Below, piece after piece: positions 19,629 to 28,527 of a stretch of DNA of 64,000 bases. The position numbers and the translations under genes were made by a program. The stretch lies in the NCBI GenBank assembly GCA_003557385.1, contig PWON01000204.1, positions 6,853-70,852 on the forward strand. Reading direction: 5' to 3'. Positions within the stretch are counted from its first letter, which is position 1. Each line of letters opens with the position of its first letter. Source of the stretch: Bacteroidales bacterium (GTDB taxonomy: Bacteria > Bacteroidota > Bacteroidia > Bacteroidales > UBA7960). The notes below the pieces were generated by a model, which was not told where the DNA came from, searched no databases, and was given only the letters and a program-made list of their open reading frames with translations.

Positions 19629-22223
19629 ATGCATTTCGATCGTTTGACCATAAAATCGCAGGAGGCCGTTCAGCAAGCCCAGGAAATTGCCATGGGATAT
19701 AATCATCAAGCCATTGAGAACGCTCATTTGCTTAAAGGCATCATGGGTGTTGATGACCACGTGACGCCTTACTTGCTGAAGAAAAACAATATCCCCACCG
19801 GCAGGCTGCAGCAGGCGCTTGACCGCATTATCGCAAGCTATCCCAGGGTTGATGGCGGAGAACCTTACCTGGCGGGATCAGCCAAAAAAACCCTCCGGTC
19901 GGCCATGGCGAAGTTGAAGGAGTTTGGCGATGAATATATATCTGTGGAACATCTTTTGCTGGGTATTTTATCGGGTTCCGATAATGTAGCCCAACTCTTA
20001 AAAGACAGTGGCCTGACCTTAAAAGGCCTGAAAGATGCCATCAGTGAACTGCGCCAGGGTTCCAGGGTAGACAGCCCGTCGGCCGAGGAACAATTCAATG
20101 CTTTAAGCAAATACGCCAACAACCTGAATGATATGGCCCTTTCGGGCAAGCTTGACCCGGTCATCGGCCGTGATGAGGAGATCCGGCGCATATTGCAAAT
20201 ACTGTCAAGGCGCACCAAAAACAATCCCATCCTGATCGGCGAACCCGGCGTGGGCAAAACAGCCATAGCAGAAGGTCTTGCACACCGTATAATCAATGGG
20301 GATGTACCTGAGAACCTGAAATCCAAAAAGATCTTTTCACTCGACATGGGGGCGCTCATTGCCGGAGCCAAGTACAAGGGTGAATTTGAAGAGCGAATCA
20401 AAGCCGTTGTAAAAGAAGTGGTATCGTCAGACGGCGAATATATATTGTTCATTGACGAGATACACACCCTGGTAGGCGCCGGTGCTGCCGGCGAGGGGGC
20501 CATGGACGCCGCAAATATACTAAAGCCGGCCCTGGCCAGGGGCGAATTGAGGGCCATAGGCGCAACCACCCCCAAAGAATACCAGCGGTATTTCGAAAAG
20601 GACAAAGCCCTTGAACGCCGCTTTCAAACCGTCATTGTAGACGAACCCAATAAACCGGATGCCATCAGCATTCTAAGGGGACTTAAGGAAAGGTATGAAA
20701 CCCATCACCAGGTAAGGATCAAGGACGAAGCGATCATTGCCGCGGTAGACCTGTCGCACCGCTATATATCCGACCGTTTCCTGCCCGATAAAGCCATCGA
20801 CCTTGTGGACGAAGCTGCCTCAAAACTCAGGCTTGAAATGAATTCAGTACCCGAAGAACTCGACGAAGCCGAACGAAAGATCAGGCAGTTGGAGATTGAA
20901 CGCGAAGCGATCAAACGCGAAAAAGACGAAGCGAAACTTAAAAGGCTGAGCAGTGTGCTGGCCAACCTTCATGAAGAAAAAAACAGGCTTCAGGCCCGCT
21001 GGAAAAGCGAAAAAGCCATCGTGGATGAAATACAAAAACACAAGGCGGCCATCGAACAATACAGGTTTGAAGCTGAACAGGCCGAGCGTGGCAGCGACTT
21101 CGGCAAGGTGGCTGAATTACGTTATGGGCGGATAAAAGAGGCAGAAGAAAAGCTTCAGCAGTTACACATGAAGCTGCAGGAAATGCAGGCAGACAGTGCG
21201 CTGATCAAAGAGGAAGTCAGTGCCGAAGACATCGCAGATGTGGTTTCGCGCTGGACGGGCATCCCTGTAAGCCGCATGCTGCAGAGTGAACGCGAAAAGC
21301 TGTTGCAACTGGAAGATGAATTGCATAAACGCGTTGTTGGACAAGATGAGGCGATCAATGCCGTGTCGGATGCCATTCGCCGAAGTCGTGCCGGGTTGCA
21401 GGATCCAAAGCGCCCTGTTGGATCATTTATCTTTTTGGGAACCACCGGCGTTGGAAAAACGGAACTGGCAAAAGCCCTTGCAGCCTTTTTGTTTAACGAC
21501 GAAAATGCCATGGTCCGGCTCGACATGTCGGAATACCAGGAAAGGCATGCCGTAAGCCGCCTGATTGGAGCCCCTCCGGGATACGTGGGCTATGAGGAAA
21601 GCGGACAGCTGACCGAGGCTGTCAGAAGAAAACCCTATTCAGTGGTTTTGCTTGATGAGATAGAAAAAGCGCATCCCGACGTATTTAATATCCTGTTGCA
21701 GGTGCTCGAAGATGGCCGGTTGACTGACAATAAGGGACGCACCGCAGATTTCAGGAACACCATCATCATCATGACGTCAAATGTGGGATCGGGTCTTATC
21801 CAGGAGCGTATGGAAGCCATGACAGATAAAAACAGGGAAGAAACCATTGATCAGTGCCGCCAGGAAGTATTTGCTTTGCTGAAACGCACCATACGGCCGG
21901 AGTTCCTGAATCGGATTGATGAAACCATCATGTTTAAGCCGCTGACACGGGAAGAGATCAAGGGAGTTGTGGAATTTCAACTCCGGCTTGTAAAGGAAAT
22001 GCTCAGGGAACATGAAATCAGCATTGAGGTTACCCCACAAGCCGTGGACTGGATCGCTGATACCGGGTTTGACCCGCAATTTGGAGCCAGGCCATTGAAA
22101 AGGGTTATTCAACGAAGTCTGTTAAACAAACTATCCATAGAAATGCTTGCCGATAAGTTAAAACCCAGGGATTCCGTAAAAGTAGACAGGGAAAGCGATG
22201 CACTGACGTTTACAGTGAGGTAA
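19629..22223 (+). CDS. clpB: ATP-dependent chaperone ClpB
   Basis: Two AAA+ modules (GEPGVGKT and GTTGVGKT) separated by a long coiled-coil middle domain. 864 aa. Confidence 0.97.
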   Translation: MHFDRLTIKSQEAVQQAQEIAMGYNHQAIENAHLLKGIMGVDDHVTPYLLKKNNIPTGRLQQALDRIIASYPRVDGGEPYLAGSAKKTLRSAMAKLKEFGDEYISVEHLLLGILSGSDNVAQLLKDSGLTLKGLKDAISELRQGSRVDSPSAEEQFNALSKYANNLNDMALSGKLDPVIGRDEEIRRILQILSRRTKNNPILIGEPGVGKTAIAEGLAHRIINGDVPENLKSKKIFSLDMGALIAGAKYKGEFEERIKAVVKEVVSSDGEYILFIDEIHTLVGAGAAGEGAMDAANILKPALARGELRAIGATTPKEYQRYFEKDKALERRFQTVIVDEPNKPDAISILRGLKERYETHHQVRIKDEAIIAAVDLSHRYISDRFLPDKAIDLVDEAASKLRLEMNSVPEELDEAERKIRQLEIEREAIKREKDEAKLKRLSSVLANLHEEKNRLQARWKSEKAIVDEIQKHKAAIEQYRFEAEQAERGSDFGKVAELRYGRIKEAEEKLQQLHMKLQEMQADSALIKEEVSAEDIADVVSRWTGIPVSRMLQSEREKLLQLEDELHKRVVGQDEAINAVSDAIRRSRAGLQDPKRPVGSFIFLGTTGVGKTELAKALAAFLFNDENAMVRLDMSEYQERHAVSRLIGAPPGYVGYEESGQLTEAVRRKPYSVVLLDEIEKAHPDVFNILLQVLEDGRLTDNKGRTADFRNTIIIMTSNVGSGLIQERMEAMTDKNREETIDQCRQEVFALLKRTIRPEFLNRIDETIMFKPLTREEIKGVVEFQLRLVKEMLREHEISIEVTPQAVDWIADTGFDPQFGARPLKRVIQRSLLNKLSIEMLADKLKPRDSVKVDRESDALTFTVR

Positions 22224-22255
22224 AAATTGCTATTTTTGACAAAAAGCACAACGCC

Positions 22256-23476
22256 TTGAATACTTCTCTATTTATTGCCAGGCGAATAGGAGGTGCCGGC
22301 AAAGGCAAGGGATTTTCCTCGCTGATCAAAAAGATCGCCGTTGTCAGCATTTCGCTTGGTTTGGCCGTTATGATCATTTCCATGGCCGTGGTAACCGGTT
22401 TTCAAAACGAAATTCGCGACAAGGTTATCGGCTTCGGGGCACATGTGCAGATCACCAACTTTGATTACAATATTTCCTTTGAACCGCAACCCATAAGCAG
22501 TCAGCAAGACTTCCTTGATGATATCCGGAAGTTAAACGGGGTAAAACATATCCAGGTATTTGCCACCAAACCCGGCATCATCAAAACGGACGATGACATC
22601 CATGGCATAATATTCAAGGGGGTGGGGCCGGATTTTGACTGGTCGTTTTTTTCCGACCGCCTGGTGACCGGGAATATCCTCACCATGGACGACACATTGC
22701 GCTCGGAAGAAGCCATCATATCCCGCCTTATTTCAAGACGGTTGCAACTGGAAAAAGGCGATGACCTGTTCATCTACTTTATTCAGGACCCCCCAAGGAT
22801 CAGGAGACTGAACATAGCCGGGATTTATGACACCGGGTTAGAGGAATTGGACAGGTTGTTTGTGCTGGGCGATATCAGACACGTTCAGCGTTTAAATGAC
22901 TGGAATCCGGATCAGATTGGTGGTTTTGAGGTCCTGGTATCAGATTATGACGCCATACCGGATATGTCTGATGCGATCTTTGACTTACTCCCCTATCACC
23001 TGGATGCGAAAAGCATCCGGCAGCTCTACCCCCAGATTTTTGACTGGCTTTCTTTGCTTGACATGAATGTATACGTGATCATTGCGCTGATGATACTGGT
23101 TGCCGGCATCAATATGATCACGACCCTGCTGATTTCAGTGATGGACAAGACAAATGCAATCGGCATTTTGAAAGCAGTGGGTGCCGGCAACAACATGATC
23201 CGGAAGGTATTTCTGTATCATGCAGGAATGCTTATCTCCAAAGGGCTTTTGTGGGGAAATCTGATTGGGATCCTGGCCTGCCTGGTTCAGGGTCACTGGG
23301 GCCTGATCACCTTGTCGCCCGAATCGTATTATGTATCAGAAGTACCGGTAAACCTGCAATGGAATCACATCATTTTACTCAATGCCGGAACATTTATTCT
23401 ATCCATGGCCATGCTGATCGCCCCTTCATACATCATCACCAAGATCTCTCCGGTGCGGGCAATAATATACAGATAG
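22256..23476 (+). CDS. FtsX-like ABC transporter permease (LolC/E-like)
   Basis: TTG start, MacB-type periplasmic domain, and a C-terminal FtsX 4-TM bundle. 406 aa. Confidence 0.85.
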   Translation: MNTSLFIARRIGGAGKGKGFSSLIKKIAVVSISLGLAVMIISMAVVTGFQNEIRDKVIGFGAHVQITNFDYNISFEPQPISSQQDFLDDIRKLNGVKHIQVFATKPGIIKTDDDIHGIIFKGVGPDFDWSFFSDRLVTGNILTMDDTLRSEEAIISRLISRRLQLEKGDDLFIYFIQDPPRIRRLNIAGIYDTGLEELDRLFVLGDIRHVQRLNDWNPDQIGGFEVLVSDYDAIPDMSDAIFDLLPYHLDAKSIRQLYPQIFDWLSLLDMNVYVIIALMILVAGINMITTLLISVMDKTNAIGILKAVGAGNNMIRKVFLYHAGMLISKGLLWGNLIGILACLVQGHWGLITLSPESYYVSEVPVNLQWNHIILLNAGTFILSMAMLIAPSYIITKISPVRAIIYR

Positions 23477-23490
23477 CTTAATGCACCGGT

Positions 23491-24144
23491 TTAAAAAACG
23501 AGGATTCCAAGAGAGATAATGTACGACCGCTGCCTGGAATCAAAATCAAACTCTTCGCTGCCGATCACAATGCCGTCGCCAAATTCACTTAAGTTGTCTT
23601 CAAAGCGAAAATCCAGCATGAGGTTGCCAAACTTGATACCTGCAATAGCCTGGTACCCTATGGTGGCAGTATTATAGTTTAAAGTCAGGTTTTCAATGTG
23701 CCCCTTGGTGCTATCCAGTAAAATAGACGCCACAGGGCCAACACCCACATGGATGGGGCCAAACTGGATACCTGCAAGTGCCGGTATCTTCAGATGACTG
23801 AACTCCTGGGTAAACTCTGTTGTACCCCCCCCATTCAGGTCAGAATTGTTTACAGCCATCTTCTGCCCGGTTTCAACATACAATAGTTCGGGTTGAATAA
23901 ATATATTTCCCAGCATAAGCCGTCCGAAAAGACCAAAATGAAAACCTGTGTATGAGCCGGGCAATAATTCCAGGTTCACCATACTGCCATCGGTTTTATT
24001 GCCAATGAATGAGAACTCATCAGCGGAAGGCACCGACGAAAAGTTTAACCCCCCGCGTATCCCAAAGCCAATGCCACTGGCATATGTCTGAACACTGAAA
24101 AGAATAAATGCAATTACGATGAATAATCTGGTGGTTTTTTTCAT
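23491..24144 (-). CDS. Outer-membrane beta-barrel protein (porin family)
   Basis: Signal peptide MKKTTRLFIVIAFILFSVQTYA, alternating beta-strand pattern, and a C-terminal aromatic residue (LGILVF). Confidence 0.7.
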   Translation of the reverse strand: MKKTTRLFIVIAFILFSVQTYASGIGFGIRGGLNFSSVPSADEFSFIGNKTDGSMVNLELLPGSYTGFHFGLFGRLMLGNIFIQPELLYVETGQKMAVNNSDLNGGGTTEFTQEFSHLKIPALAGIQFGPIHVGVGPVASILLDSTKGHIENLTLNYNTATIGYQAIAGIKFGNLMLDFRFEDNLSEFGDGIVIGSEEFDFDSRQRSYIISLGILVF

Positions 24145-24198
24145 AACATGCCTTTTTTTATGAATTAAGGATGAATAAAATAACAACATTTAAATGCG

Positions 24199-24816
24199 TC
24201 AGGCCTCCCTGAGTATCTTCATTTTTTCTTTCAGCACGGAAATTTCATTGCGGGCCCGATCGATCTTTTCCTCTAATTCTTTCTTCAGGATATCCGCTTT
24301 TTTGCTGGACGCGAAAAATCCGATGTTGTTCTCCAGGACTTTGATGTCTGACTCCAGGATTTTGATTTTGTTATTCAGGATATTGCGTTCCTTTTGAATG
24401 ATGTTCCCTGCGTTGGGCACATTTTTGAGATTTTCAATTTTCGACTGGAACGATAAAGTGCTTTTAACTTTTTTACTGATGTTCAACACCTCAAACTGAT
24501 GGTCTATCGCTTTTCTGAACTCATGCTGCACCTTGTCTTTCTGCTTGATAGGCACATGACCAATTTCCATCCAACGACGCTGAAAATCCTTCAAAACATC
24601 CAGATTTTTCTTGTTGTCATCGGTATATGGATGCTTTTTGACCTCCTCAATCACCGACAGCTTTTTGGCAAGGTTTTCATCCTGCTTCTCACCAATATTC
24701 GCAAAATGTTCTGATTTTTTGTTAAAGAAAGTATCACAAGCCTGCCGGAACCGTTTCCAGATTTTATCGCTGAATTTGGCCGGCACAGGTCCGATTTTCT
24801 TCCATTCCTGCTGCAA
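24199..24816 (-). CDS. DUF349 repeat protein, C-terminal fragment; in frame with 24844..26295 across a TAG
   Basis: DUF349 repeats (QQEWKKIGPVP...IWKRFRQACDTFF; FQRRWMEIGHVP). Same reading frame as the upstream ORF. Confidence 0.7.
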   Translation of the reverse strand: MQQEWKKIGPVPAKFSDKIWKRFRQACDTFFNKKSEHFANIGEKQDENLAKKLSVIEEVKKHPYTDDNKKNLDVLKDFQRRWMEIGHVPIKQKDKVQHEFRKAIDHQFEVLNISKKVKSTLSFQSKIENLKNVPNAGNIIQKERNILNNKIKILESDIKVLENNIGFFASSKKADILKKELEEKIDRARNEISVLKEKMKILREA

Positions 24817-24843
24817 ATGTATCAGGCCCTCTGTGGTGGCACG

Positions 24844-26295
24844 CTAATCTTCACTGTCTTTTAAGGCTTCTGCCTGCAGGCAAAGGTTCAGTTTTTGGTT
24901 ATAGTTGTCTTTTTGCTGGTCTTTATATTTACGGAAAAACTCTTTTTTATTGGAAAAAAAGGTATCCAGCGAAGTACGGAATCTGTTCCATACTTCATTG
25001 TTCACTTTTTTTGGTGCAAATCCAATGGTCTTCCATACTTTGAATAACTCATTGATGGCATCTGTCTGTTCCTGCCATTGCCTGGGCGTATTCGGGTCAA
25101 AGGCTATGATCTCTTCGGCCTTTTCACACAAGACAAGCTTTGCCGCATAATTTTTGTTTTGCTCTTCACGCAAGCCCTCATAATGTTCCTGGCGCCTCCT
25201 GTTCAGTTTGTCGGTAGCTGCCTTGAAACGTTCCCAGATCTCATCTTTTTTATCCTGGGCGACCGGACCGGTTTCCTTCCATGCCTCATGTAATTTCTGC
25301 AGTTGCTGGAAAGACCTGGTTATGGATGATTCAAGCAAGAGTTCTTCGGCCTTTTCACATAAAGCGGTTTTGGCTTCCAGGTTCTTTTTCAGATCCAGGT
25401 CTTTGAGTTCTTTGTTGATATTTACTTTATCAAAGAACTTCTCAACCAGGAAGTGATAATTATTCCATAATGTCCCCTTTGCCCCTCTGGGAACGGGCCC
25501 TACTGCACGCCAACGATCCTGAAGGTAATGAAACTGGTCATAGGTTTTCTTCAGTTCTTCTTCTGAGTCGATCAACTGGCGTAATTCTTCGAGAATATCT
25601 TCCTTGGCCTTCAGATTATCCTGCATCTCAGCTTCCAGGGCCTTGTCGAAAGCAGATTTTTTTTCCTTATAGACAGCAAAAGCCGCATCAAACCGTTCAG
25701 TCAAAGAATCAGCAAGCGCCTCCTCGCCTTCTTCTGAGGTGGGTGTGCCCAATTTTTGCTCGTAAGAAGCCATGTTTTCGTCGCGCAGCAGTTTGCGGTA
25801 GGCAAGTTTGATAAAACCAATATGCCTCCGTATGTGGGCCACATCATCGTTCATGACAAGCGCCTCGATGTTGCTTACCAGTTCTTCGCGGTTCATGGCA
25901 CCATATTTTTCCGTCAGGGTGTCGCTGTCTTCCGCTTCCGGGTCCGGTGTTTTTTCCTTTTCTTCAACGGGGGGTTGTTCCGCGGGGGGAAGTTCTTCCG
26001 GCGGGATTTCCTCTGAAGCAGGCGATTCTTCCACGGGGGGAAGTTCTTCCGGCGGGATTTCCTCTGAAGCAGGCGATTCTTCCGCGGGGAGAAGTTCTGC
26101 GGCAGGTGGCTCTTTTACGGGTTCTTCTTCCGCAGGGAGTTTTTCTGCAGCGGGTTTTTTTCCGGGTTTTTTCTCCGGGGTGGTTGATTTGGTTGTTTTG
26201 TCCTGATCGGTTGCCGCATTATCGGCCAGACTCTCCTCCCCAACAACTGCCTGTTTTTCTCCAACTTTGGGGTCCAGTTGTTCCTTGTTTTCCAT
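24844..26295 (-). CDS. DUF349 repeat protein, N-terminal fragment; ends at an in-frame TAG
   Basis: P/E-rich N-terminus, then DUF349 repeats (LQDRWRAVGPVP, LHEAWKETGPVA, LFKVWKTIGFAP). Confidence 0.75.
   Translation of the reverse strand: MENKEQLDPKVGEKQAVVGEESLADNAATDQDKTTKSTTPEKKPGKKPAAEKLPAEEEPVKEPPAAELLPAEESPASEEIPPEELPPVEESPASEEIPPEELPPAEQPPVEEKEKTPDPEAEDSDTLTEKYGAMNREELVSNIEALVMNDDVAHIRRHIGFIKLAYRKLLRDENMASYEQKLGTPTSEEGEEALADSLTERFDAAFAVYKEKKSAFDKALEAEMQDNLKAKEDILEELRQLIDSEEELKKTYDQFHYLQDRWRAVGPVPRGAKGTLWNNYHFLVEKFFDKVNINKELKDLDLKKNLEAKTALCEKAEELLLESSITRSFQQLQKLHEAWKETGPVAQDKKDEIWERFKAATDKLNRRRQEHYEGLREEQNKNYAAKLVLCEKAEEIIAFDPNTPRQWQEQTDAINELFKVWKTIGFAPKKVNNEVWNRFRTSLDTFFSNKKEFFRKYKDQQKDNYNQKLNLCLQAEALKDSED
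25984..26105 (-). repeat. 51-bp tandem coding repeat (2 copies plus a partial third) in the DUF349 N-terminus
   Basis: Near-identical copies start at 25984 and 26035. They encode ESPASEEIPPEELPP(V/A)E. Confidence 0.85.
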
Positions 26296-26492
26296 TAAAA
26301 TAAGATTCAGTTACTAATTAAAGTCAAGAAGCATGTCTACGCTATATAAACACTATTTCATCCTATAGTGTGAGCGCCCTGTAATAACCGGGCATGTGCT
26401 TGCAAACCTGTATTTCAATTATACTGTACAAAAATAGAAATATTTTTAAGGGCATCATAGCATTTTCAGGCCATTTCCCATAAAATCAGGCA

Positions 26493-27674
26493 CTATATAC
26501 ACTTCATGGCCTGATCCAGATCGGAAATGATGTCTTCCACATTTTCTATACCCACCGAAAACCTGACCAAACCGTCTGTGATGCCCGACCGCTCACGGGA
26601 TTCCTTGTCCATTTTGGAGTGGGTCATGGAAGCAGGATGCTGTATGAGGGTTTCTACTCCCCCCAGCGAAACCGCCAGGATACAAAGTTTTACACGATCC
26701 ATCAGTGTTTTGCCAGCACACAACCCGTCCTTCATCTCAAAGCTGATCATGGCGCCGGGACCATCCATCTGTTTGCGCGCCAGGACATATTGGGGATGGG
26801 AAACAAGGCCTGGATATTTGACCCATTTTACCTTGGGATGCCCCTCGAGAAATTGAGCGATATGCATGGCATTTTCCTGCGACCGGTCAATCCGGACAGA
26901 CAAGGTCTTTAAACCCCTGATCACCATATATGCCTGATGCGGATCCATGTTGCATCCAAGGTTGATCATCACAGGACGCATCAACTCATCCAGCGGTTTA
27001 TCCCTGCTTACAATGACGCCACCCACAATATCAGCATGCCCGTTCAGAAACTTGGTGATGGAATGAAATACTATGTCGAATCCATAATCAATCGGTTTCT
27101 GCAGGTAGGGACTGCAAAAAGTGTTGTCTGCCACGGTAATCAGCTTATGTTCCCTGGCGATTTTAACCACTTCTTCAAGATCGGTTATGTCCATGGTTGG
27201 ATTGGCCGGTGTTTCAATGTAAAGCATCCTTGTATTCTTACGGATCGCCTTGCGAATATTCTCCGGGTCACTGGTATTGACGTAGGTGGATTCGATGCCA
27301 AACTTGCTGTAATGTTTCTCCATTACCACCCTTGACGGTCCGTATACCGCGGCGGTACTGACCATATGGTCGCCTTGCTTCAGAAAAGCGCTGTAAATGG
27401 TGTTTACAGCCCCCATGCCAGAACTGGTGGCAATGCCGCGGTATCCGTTCTCGAGCGCCGCAACCAGTTTCTCCAAAGAATCAATTGTGGGATTGTTCAA
27501 GCGGGTGTATATATATCCGTCCGACTCACCTGCAAAACAGGCAGCCCCATGGTCGGCATTCTTGAATTTAAAGGTGCTTGTCTGGTAGATCGGCACTGTG
27601 GCGCTGCCAAACTGATCATCAAACATTCCGGCATGAATAAGCTTTGAATCAAAGCCGAGATCCTTGGTATCCAT
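26493..27674 (-). CDS. Cys/Met-metabolism PLP-dependent enzyme (methionine gamma-lyase / O-acetylhomoserine sulfhydrylase family)
   Basis: VPIYQTSTFKF, the HSITKFLNGHAD Lys motif, and C-terminal LVRFSVGIE. Confidence 0.85.
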   Translation of the reverse strand: MDTKDLGFDSKLIHAGMFDDQFGSATVPIYQTSTFKFKNADHGAACFAGESDGYIYTRLNNPTIDSLEKLVAALENGYRGIATSSGMGAVNTIYSAFLKQGDHMVSTAAVYGPSRVVMEKHYSKFGIESTYVNTSDPENIRKAIRKNTRMLYIETPANPTMDITDLEEVVKIAREHKLITVADNTFCSPYLQKPIDYGFDIVFHSITKFLNGHADIVGGVIVSRDKPLDELMRPVMINLGCNMDPHQAYMVIRGLKTLSVRIDRSQENAMHIAQFLEGHPKVKWVKYPGLVSHPQYVLARKQMDGPGAMISFEMKDGLCAGKTLMDRVKLCILAVSLGGVETLIQHPASMTHSKMDKESRERSGITDGLVRFSVGIENVEDIISDLDQAMKCI

Positions 27675-27706
27675 AAGATTGTATTTTATTGTTAGCAAAC
27701 TGTCTT

Positions 27707-28063
27707 TCAGAAGGTTTCCATATTAAGCATCACCAGGGTACAGTCTTCAATGCATTCAATACCGTCCTGGATGGCTTTTTCCTCCAGAACACGGTTGTAG
27801 GTCCCCGGATTAAAAATGATTCGCTTAGGACGCAGAGAAATAATATAATCCAGGTAATCTTCCTGATTGGCAGGACCCACATACAAGGTTACGGTATGAA
27901 TATCTTTTAAAGGCGGGGTGCCGGTAAGCACTTCCACATCCCCGATGGTTGTTTCACGTTTACCAATGGCAACCACTTCCTTCTCATAAGCAATAAGGTG
28001 TTTTACCGCTTTGTTCGAATACCTTAATGGGTTCGGACTGGCTCCGATTACCAGGGTTTTCAT
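27707..28063 (-). CDS. CoA-binding domain protein (YccU-like)
   Basis: MKTLVIGASPNPLRYSNKAVKHL. ATGA overlap with the upstream thioesterase gene. Confidence 0.75.
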   Translation of the reverse strand: MKTLVIGASPNPLRYSNKAVKHLIAYEKEVVAIGKRETTIGDVEVLTGTPPLKDIHTVTLYVGPANQEDYLDYIISLRPKRIIFNPGTYNRVLEEKAIQDGIECIEDCTLVMLNMETF

Positions 28064-28476
28064 TTGCCTGCATTTATTTTTTCCTGAAATTTTTCCAAAA
28101 ACCACACGGGCGCACCACATGGACGGCCATTCTGCTTATTCAAAAAGGCCAGTACTGTATACCCCTTGTTTAGCAACACACCGTCTTCATTATAAATTTC
28201 ATAGTCAAAATGCATGCGTGAGGCTGGTAATCCAGAAACGGTTGTTTTAACGGTCAACAGATCGTCATATCGTGCCGGACGGATATATTTAATTTTCATG
28301 TCAACAATAGGCATCACCACCCCCTTCTCTTCCATATCCCTGTAAGTCATTCCCAGTTGACGCATGGCATCGGCCCTGCCCACTTCATAATACTGGGGAT
28401 AATTGCCATAGTAAACAAATCCCATCTGGTCGGTTTCTGCATAGCGCACCCGCAATTGAGTCATTGAAGAAAACAT
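28060..28476 (-). CDS. Acyl-CoA thioesterase (YbgC/4HBT hotdog family)
   Basis: LRVRYAETDQMGFVYYGNYPQYYEVGR, typical of YbgC-like thioesterases. Confidence 0.85.
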   Translation of the reverse strand: MFSSMTQLRVRYAETDQMGFVYYGNYPQYYEVGRADAMRQLGMTYRDMEEKGVVMPIVDMKIKYIRPARYDDLLTVKTTVSGLPASRMHFDYEIYNEDGVLLNKGYTVLAFLNKQNGRPCGAPVWFLEKFQEKINAGK

Positions 28477-28527
28477 TGTACCTGGTTTTATTATCTGGTT
28501 AATCTCAACGGCAGGCGATCAGGATCA

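Noticed and set aside
24844-24846. Stop-codon reassignment or an alternative genetic code as an explanation for the in-frame TAG (24844) and TAA (39429).
   Set aside because: TAA, TAG and TGA all serve as ordinary terminators at the expected ends of many conserved genes in this window. Examples are mutL (TAA), the Rrf2 gene (TAG) and uvrB (TGA). Two different stop codons are involved, so isolated nonsense changes or base errors are far more likely.
26466-26514. A 9-bp inverted repeat (TCAGGCCAT ... ATGGCCTGA) at the 3' end of the methionine gamma-lyase-like gene.
   Set aside because: The loop is 31 nt, there is no T tract, and one arm lies inside the coding sequence. It is probably fortuitous.
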